DNA of 5,038 nt from Octopus sinensis (Eukaryota), in the NCBI RefSeq assembly GCF_006345805.1, contig NW_021830238.1, forward strand, positions 1 through 5,038, given 5' to 3'. The notes under the pieces are model-generated. The model ran no database searches, had not been told where the DNA came from, and saw only the letters and a program-made list of their open reading frames with translations. The position numbers and the translations under genes were made by a program. Of this stretch, positions 1-5,038 are shown in pieces (position 1 is the stretch's first letter; every line of letters begins with the position of its first letter).

Positions 1-205
1 GTATCAAAATGAATAGATGATTACAGATTTATATGCAAACCTTTGGAACGAATTCAAATTCCAACAATCTGTATGAATGGATATGTGTGTATGTGCATTT
101 CACAAAACACCAAATAAATAGATTGAAGAAGGTATCAATGTCTTATAGGTCGGAATATAGATATTGTGCGCAATATGGGTAACTGATGTAGGGTGATATG
201 TTGAC

Positions 206-230
206 CAAACCAAACAAAACAAAACAAAAC
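206..230. repeat. (CAAA[A])n pentamer-like simple repeat
   Basis: caaac caaac aaaac aaaac aaaac. Confidence 0.85.
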
Positions 231-240
231 CGCAATTCAC

Positions 241-283
241 CTTCTTTGGGTTTTGTGAATATTTACTCTCAGGTAGGACTTTT
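241..283 (-). other. Possible 43-nt micro-exon
   Basis: Minus strand: tatgtatttatgtag|aaaagtcc...cccaaagaag|gtgaattg. T-rich acceptor, AAG|GTGAAT donor, two open frames. No homology evidence. Confidence 0.2.
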
Positions 284-507
284 CTACATAAATACATATA
301 ATTTTTTTATAAATGTTTATCATGCAGCTTTACAATAAGTTCCATGTAGACAAATTATATCATTGCTTTGAAGAAAATTGTCCCATGCTTGAAAAATATT
401 GTTCAAGTTTAATAAAATTTAATATGTGCTCAATGCATGAAGTGTCATTGTTGGGCCAAAAACCTAATGAAGAGCCTTTGACAGGAGCCCTATCGGGCGG
501 TTTTTAG

Positions 508-692
508 TACGTACATAAATATGCATACATCTTTTTTGTATATATGTGTGCGTGTGTGTGTGTGAGAGAGAGAGAATGAGTGCCATTTAGACATCACTGT
601 CTCTCTCTTTTTTCTCCCTATGTCTGATACGCACATGCACACACACATGCATACAAAAATAATGTATGCGTAGATATTTATGTATGAACGTA
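508..692. repeat. Imperfect long inverted repeat (fold-back)
   Basis: 512-554 is the reverse complement of 638-684 at 38 of 43 aligned positions, with one 4-nt gap (670-673). Pairing continues loosely inward through (AG)n/(CT)n and agtg/cact to a 12-nt loop at 583-594. Confidence 0.7.
545..575. repeat. Compound (TG)n(AG)n microsatellite
   Basis: TG run 545-564 with one C interruption, then (AG)5 at 565-574. Confidence 0.9.
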
Positions 693-714
693 TACATGAC
701 AAAATACCCCTTCA

Positions 715-742
715 CTCTCTCTCTCTCTCTCTCACACACACA
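715..742. repeat. Compound (CT)9(CA)5 microsatellite
   Basis: CT run 715-732, CA run 733-742. Confidence 0.92.
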
Positions 743-1196
743 AAACACAAACATACCCACACATACATATATGTATACAAACGTACATACAAAAGCACAC
801 TTGTGCGTGGGTGATTGACTACGAACACATAGAGCTGACACGGCGCGCATAATGTAATTAACTAAAAGCTTTTTTACTGAACTTAACGAAGTGTGTGGGT
901 TCAAACGAAATTTGTGAACTTAGTAATTTATCTTAGTTGCTTGCAAATAGCGAATTAAAACTTGAAATGAATACATTAAAATAGAGAGTGAGAGGTTTCG
1001 CAAATGAAAGCGAAAATTTACGCCGTTGCTACGTCAATACTGGAAATTAACATTGAGAAACCTTTTTAATGAAGTTAATCTTATGCATGAAAAAATATTA
1101 TTTAGTTTTAATAAAATAATAAACTGAAGAGCCTATTATATATTCGAGGTCAAATCAACCATGCAATTCGCGCAGCCGTTTTCGCGTGAAAGACGA

Positions 1197-1286
1197 ACAC
1201 ACACACAGAGGTAGATAGATAGATAGATAGGTAATATATATCCGCAATCCGTACATGCATATATATATTGCTATGTGTGTGTGTGT
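1197..1286. repeat. Cluster of (AC)n, (TAGA)4 and (TG)6 microsatellites
   Basis: AC run 1197-1207, TAGA run 1212-1230, TG run 1274-1285. Confidence 0.88.
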
Positions 1287-1939
1287 TTGAGTGCGCGAGT
1301 GTACAAGTGATGTAATTATATATAAATTACGTGAGTGTTGGCAACTTTGTTTTTACCGTAGTTTTTATTGTAGTGTATATCTATCGGTTTCAAAATGAAA
1401 CCAAATTTTTATACTGTAAATACCATGACCTAAATCTGATACATCTAAATAAACACATCTGATTACAAAGCTTTGCATGCTGAACAAAAGCCTGGGCAAT
1501 AGCATTTACATTCCCAAAAGAAACAAAGGAAATCTCGAATTAGAGTCCAAATAGCATCATCAACAACTAAACTTGGTTACATATCTACCGACCAGCTAAT
1601 CTTTTCATCTAACTACATTCTTTTTGAACCTTAAAAATCAGCCCCAACGCTGGAAGCTCACACACCTAAATAGACGCATCTGATCGCACAGTTTTATATG
1701 AATGAAGGATCTATGGGCTATAACACATCAATAAAAGTATTTTATAACATCAGAGCTCATTCTACAACCTAATTAACATTCAACACATTAGGAAAGTATA
1801 AAACGAAAACAAATATTTCGTATTCCAGTTATTCCATTACGACCGCTTAAGCAATTGATAATCAAAATCAAATAAACAGTTACAAAATATATCAAGTTAC
1901 ATCTATCATATATCGAATTATCAAATAGCATCATGAATG

Positions 1940-2115
1940 CATATATACACAAACACACATACATATCATTATTAGATGGCATGTTATATACATACATATA
2001 TACGAGCATATATATCACTATTTATATATGTATATATATATATATATCACTATTTATATATGTATATATATATATGTGTACACACACACACATATATATA
2101 TATATATACATACGT
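1940..2115. repeat. TA/CATA/CA compound low-complexity tract containing a 32-bp tandem duplication
   Basis: Exact 32-bp period across 2008-2075 (unit contains tatatcactatttatatatg); (CA)n near 2080-2092. Confidence 0.9.
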
Positions 2116-2184
2116 ACGCCAATTGGCAGAGAGGTTATAATATCTGATAGATTGCTTTGCTGTAAATAATCTCGCTCTAATTGC

Positions 2185-2266
2185 TAGTCACACTGCATGT
2201 CATCTACTATAGCCCTGGACCGACCAAGCCTTATGAGTATTTTTGGCGGAAACGGAAATAAGTCCC
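2185..2266 (+). mobile_element. Decayed internal fragment of the same SINE head
   Basis: 2185-2202 matches 4308-4325 at 15/18. After a 16-nt gap, 2203-2238 (tctactatagccctggaccgaccaagccttatgagt) matches 4342-4378. A degenerate acggaaa...ccc end follows, then a (TA)n run at 2276. Confidence 0.68.
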
Positions 2267-2273
2267 TCTCAAG

Positions 2274-2275
<2 letters not shown>

Positions 2276-2309
<34 letters not shown>

Positions 2310-2462
2310 CATACATACATACATACATAATATATAGATATATATATATTAATATATATATATATATATACATTATATATCTATCTATCTATATATCTAT
2401 CTATATATATATAATAATATATTAATATATTATATTTATGTATATAGATATATGCATATATA
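2276..2462. repeat. Compound (TA)n(CATA)n(TATC)n microsatellite
   Basis: Direct reading of the sequence. Confidence 0.92.
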
Positions 2463-2813
2463 TTTGTAGTGTAATATATGGATTCATTGAATCATGTGAC
2501 TATCACTCTAGCAGACCTGACTAGCGAACCAGCATAGTAATCCAATCGTGATAGAAAAAAAGAAAATGTCCCTTCGATTTGAAAACTATGGAAATATTTA
2601 AAACAAAAACATTTCTTTTAATATTTTCTCAGTTTAATTGTTATTCATATTTTACTCGAAGTTGAAAAAGTCTCAAAGGCTGAAACCGGTACTAAAATGT
2701 TCTTCAAGATGAAATTATTTTAGCATTTTCTATCTTGTTTTATTTTCTTTATACATATCAAGTCGTGTGCTCCTTCCTTTTCAGACACAGACGTATGCAC
2801 AAATACACACACA

Positions 2814-2928
<115 letters not shown>

Positions 2929-3027
2929 CGACGGGCTTCAGGTTTCCGTTCCGAACCAAATCCGCACACAATTTTTGGGTTGGCCCGAGGCTATAACAGA
3001 AGACACTTACCCAAGGTGGCACGTAGT

Positions 3028-3039
3028 GGGACTGAACCC
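3028..3039 (-). promoter_or_regulatory. RNA polymerase III box B-like motif of the inverted SINE
   Basis: Minus-strand GGGTTCAGTCCC resembles GGTTCRANTCC with a one-base deletion, and lies downstream of a decayed box A (tggctgggtagt, 3066-3055). Confidence 0.55.
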
Positions 3040-3079
3040 GGAAGCAAGTTTCTTACTACCCAGCCACGCTGCACCTATT

Positions 3080-3400
3080 GTATATTCACATACATATACA
3101 AATGTATATTACATAAATACACACATACTCTCATATATGGTATGTATGTAATGTATATATATATATATATATACTAGATGCATGTATGTATATATGTATA
3201 ATATAACATATATTATGAATAAATGTATACGTACATATATATATATATATCTATATATATATATATATATATATACATACCATACATACATACATACATA
3301 CATACATACAGTAACTATATATATATAATATTATATATAGTATATATATAATATATGATATACATACATACATACAATATATATATAATATAAGTTATAT
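3080..3400. repeat. Long degenerate (TA)n/(CATA)n/(TATG)n tract
   Basis: Direct reading; it abuts the hammerhead cassette on its left side. Confidence 0.9.
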
Positions 3401-3426
3401 ACTTTATTTTAAGCAGCAGAAAATTC

Positions 3427-3480
3427 AACAAAATCTGTTACTCTGAGTTTCTCGTTGCCGTTCATCAGACAGTTTTTGCT
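3427..3480 (-). ncRNA. Minimal type I hammerhead ribozyme motif (one helix II closing-pair defect)
   Basis: Minus strand reads agcaaaaactgt-CTGATGA-acg gcaa cga-GAAA-ctc a gag-TA-acagattttgtt. CUGANGA core at 3468-3462, GAAA at 3451-3448, GUA cleavage triplet at 3441-3439. Helix I (3480-3469 with 3438-3427) pairs 11 of 12 positions, including one G-U and one A.A mismatch. Helix II has 2 bp plus a GCAA loop, with A.A at the 10.1-11.1 position. Helix III is the palindrome ACUC-A-GAGU. Confidence 0.78.
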
Positions 3481-3482
3481 AT

Positions 3483-3516
<34 letters not shown>

Positions 3517-3550
3517 GATATATATATATATATATATATATATTATTATA
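3481..3550. repeat. (TA)n microsatellite
   Basis: Direct reading; it abuts the hammerhead cassette on its right side. Confidence 0.93.
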
Positions 3551-3658
3551 CACTAGATACCCAGTGAAGATGTTTTAAATGTTATTTACTTCAGAATATT
3601 ACTACAAGAAAAATTTCGCGCCAGTGAATGGAAAGAAAAATACGAGTCTTAGAGGGAG

Positions 3659-3682
3659 AAAAAAAAAAACAAAAAAAAAAAC
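3659..3682. repeat. A11-C-A11-C homopolymer
   Basis: Direct reading. Confidence 0.9.
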
Positions 3683-4040
3683 AACTAAATATAAGCATGT
3701 GAGGTTAATTCACAGGAAATTAGTACAGTAATAGAAATATTTGTTGAGTGCAATCTAATTATATATATATACGTCGTATAGAGGTCTCTGGGTGTTAGAA
3801 CAGAAGTTAGTAGTGTATCTGGGTAAATATTGAATTTAAAATACAAATGGGTTTAGGCTTCAATGTAATAATCACATAAGCAATGGTAGTTCGGTTTTTG
3901 TCTATGTAAATAACCTTATTAAATAAAGTGTGAGTTGTGAAAAATACAATACATTTCCATACATGTTGTATGGAATAGCTAGACGTGTTTGGCTGTTGTT
4001 ACTGCATTGCTCAACAAATTTAAGTTGCAGATCGATTCGT

Positions 4041-4074
4041 ATACACACACGCACACACACACACACACACATGG

Positions 4075-4161
<87 letters not shown>

Positions 4162-4250
4162 ATATATGTATATATATAGACACACAGACACGGCACACAC
4201 ACATTATATATATATATACATGAACATAAATTTATATATATATACATATA
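4041..4250. repeat. Compound (CA)n(TA)n microsatellite
   Basis: CA run 4043-4071 with one G interruption, then TA runs with T interruptions to about 4160 and a mixed tract to 4250. Confidence 0.92.
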
Positions 4251-4421
4251 GGCGCAGGAGTGGCTGAGTGGTAAGTAGCTTGCTTACCAACCACATGTGT
4301 CCGGTTTTAGTCCAACTGCATTTCACCTTGGGTAAGTGTCTTCTTCTATAGCCTCGGGTCGACCAAAGCCTTGTGAGTGGACTTGGTAGACGGAAACTGA
4401 AAGAAGCCCGTCGTATATATG

Positions 4422-4457
<36 letters not shown>

Positions 4458-4461
4458 TGGT

Positions 4462-4512
<51 letters not shown>

Positions 4513-4740
4513 GTGTATGTTTGTGTGTCTGTGTTTGTCCACCCCCAAACATGGCTTCACAACCGCCGCTGGTGTGTTTACGTCACCGTAACTTAGCGGT
4601 TCGGCAAATTAGACAGATAGAATAAGTACTAAGCTCACAAAGAATAAGTCCTGGGGTCGATTTGCTCGACTAAAGGCGGTGCTCCAGCATGGCCATAGTA
4701 AAATGACTGAAACAAGTAAAAGAGAAAAAGAGTAAGGAGT
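4251..4740 (+). mobile_element. Full-length tRNA-derived SINE with CORE-like segment and internal (TA)n(TG)n microsatellite (Octopus OR-type SINE-like)
   Basis: Box A TGGCTGAGTGG at 4261-4271; degenerate box B (cggttttagtcc, about 4302-4313); MIR/CORE-like caccttgggtaagt at 4324-4337; head ends at cccgtcg (4413). Then (TA)n 4414-4458, (TG)22 4464-4507, a unique 3' segment about 4530-4715 with small hairpins, and an AAAGAG(T)-like tail to 4740. The head is homologous to two other copies in this window. Joining head and 3' segment into one element, and the family name, rest on recall. Confidence 0.82.
4261..4271 (+). promoter_or_regulatory. RNA polymerase III box A of the SINE
   Basis: TGGCTGAGTGG is an exact match to the TRGCNNAGYGG consensus, 10 nt from the element 5' end. 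Confidence 0.7.
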
Positions 4741-4812
4741 ATACATACATAAACATATATACACATACATGCACATATATATGTCTTTGTATACATATGT
4801 ACGTATATATCG
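4741..4812. repeat. CATA/TA low-complexity tract
   Basis: Direct reading; 3' flank of the full-length SINE. Confidence 0.8.
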
Positions 4813-4899
4813 TACAATTTACAAATAAGTAAGAAGTATTCTATTTAAATATTGAATATGCACATAAATATATTAGTAACTTCCATCCTAACAGACATA

Positions 4900-5038
4900 T
4901 TTTTTTTATTCCTTCTCGAGCCATGCCTGGCTCATAAGGGCCTGTTTCCCGGTTTCTTGGCGTATAGGTTTCCCACCTGGACAGGACGCCGTTCCGTCGC
5001 AGGTGAGTTGCGAGATGCAGGAGGAAAGAGTGAGAGAA
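4900..5038 (-). mobile_element. 3' end of a second SINE family (Nin-domain-like by recall), truncated by the window edge
   Basis: GC-rich island in AT-rich context. On the minus strand it ends in a perfect stem-loop GAGCCA-GGCA-TGGCTC (4933-4918) followed by gaaggaataaaaaaaa (A-rich tail, 4910-4900). The motifs ttcccggtttc and cctggacaggacgccgttccgtcgcaggt resemble invertebrate SINE sequence I recall; not verified. Confidence 0.6.

Noticed and set aside
313-507. 64-aa ORF with several Cys, preceded by a plausible + strand acceptor (atcatgcag)
   Set aside because: Length is within chance expectation, I see no good donor and recognise no domain. It needs transcript evidence.
490-904. ORFs 490..702 and 587..904 (-)
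   Set aside because: They run through compound microsatellites and the fold-back; low-complexity products.
1124-1160. CTGAAGA-gcct...aggt-caaa, a possible second hammerhead
   Set aside because: GAAA is replaced by CAAA, and no helix III, UH site or helix I partner can be formed.
1788-2425. ORFs 1788..2018, 1933..2169, 2243..2425
   Set aside because: Mostly YI/YM/HT repeat translation; no family resemblance.
2770-2784. Strong-looking + strand acceptor (ctccttccttttcag)
   Set aside because: It leads directly into (CA)37 with no plausible exon or donor.
3955-3975. Perfect 9-bp hairpin TTCCATACA-TGT-TGTATGGAA
   Set aside because: About one such hairpin is expected by chance in 5 kb of AT-rich DNA; it does not extend.
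4251-4330. Possible tRNA gene
   Set aside because: Box A is present but no cloverleaf can be formed and box B is degenerate; it continues into SINE body, so it is a tRNA-derived head.
4241-4749. Possible 10-bp TSD (tatacatata / tatacataca) around the full-length SINE
   Set aside because: Both flanks are CATA/TA low-complexity, so the match is uninformative.
3902-4817. ORFs of 60-118 aa around the full-length SINE
   Set aside because: Same artefact: microsatellite and SINE translation, with no recognisable domain.

Overview
Very AT-rich, microsatellite-saturated eukaryotic non-coding DNA (intron or intergenic). No protein-coding gene is supported: most listed ORFs are translations of simple repeats, and the rest are short and match no family I recognise. 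The repeat content looks like a coleoid cephalopod, probably Octopus; this is inferred from recalled SINE families and was not searched. The window holds three copies of one tRNA-derived SINE: a full-length + copy with an internal (TA)n(TG)n tract at 4251-4740, an inverted 3'-truncated copy at 2803-3075, and a decayed fragment at 2185-2266. The 3' end of a second SINE family lies on the - strand at the right edge. The most notable signal is a near-canonical minimal type I hammerhead ribozyme motif on the - strand at 3427-3480. It has CUGAUGA and GAAA cores, a GUA cleavage triplet, an 11/12-bp helix I and a palindromic helix III, sits as a solo ~80-bp cassette inside TA repeats, and lies between the two inverted SINEs. 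There is also a ~185-bp fold-back at 508-692, a small three-way junction at 458-505 and a weak candidate micro-exon at 241-283 (-).
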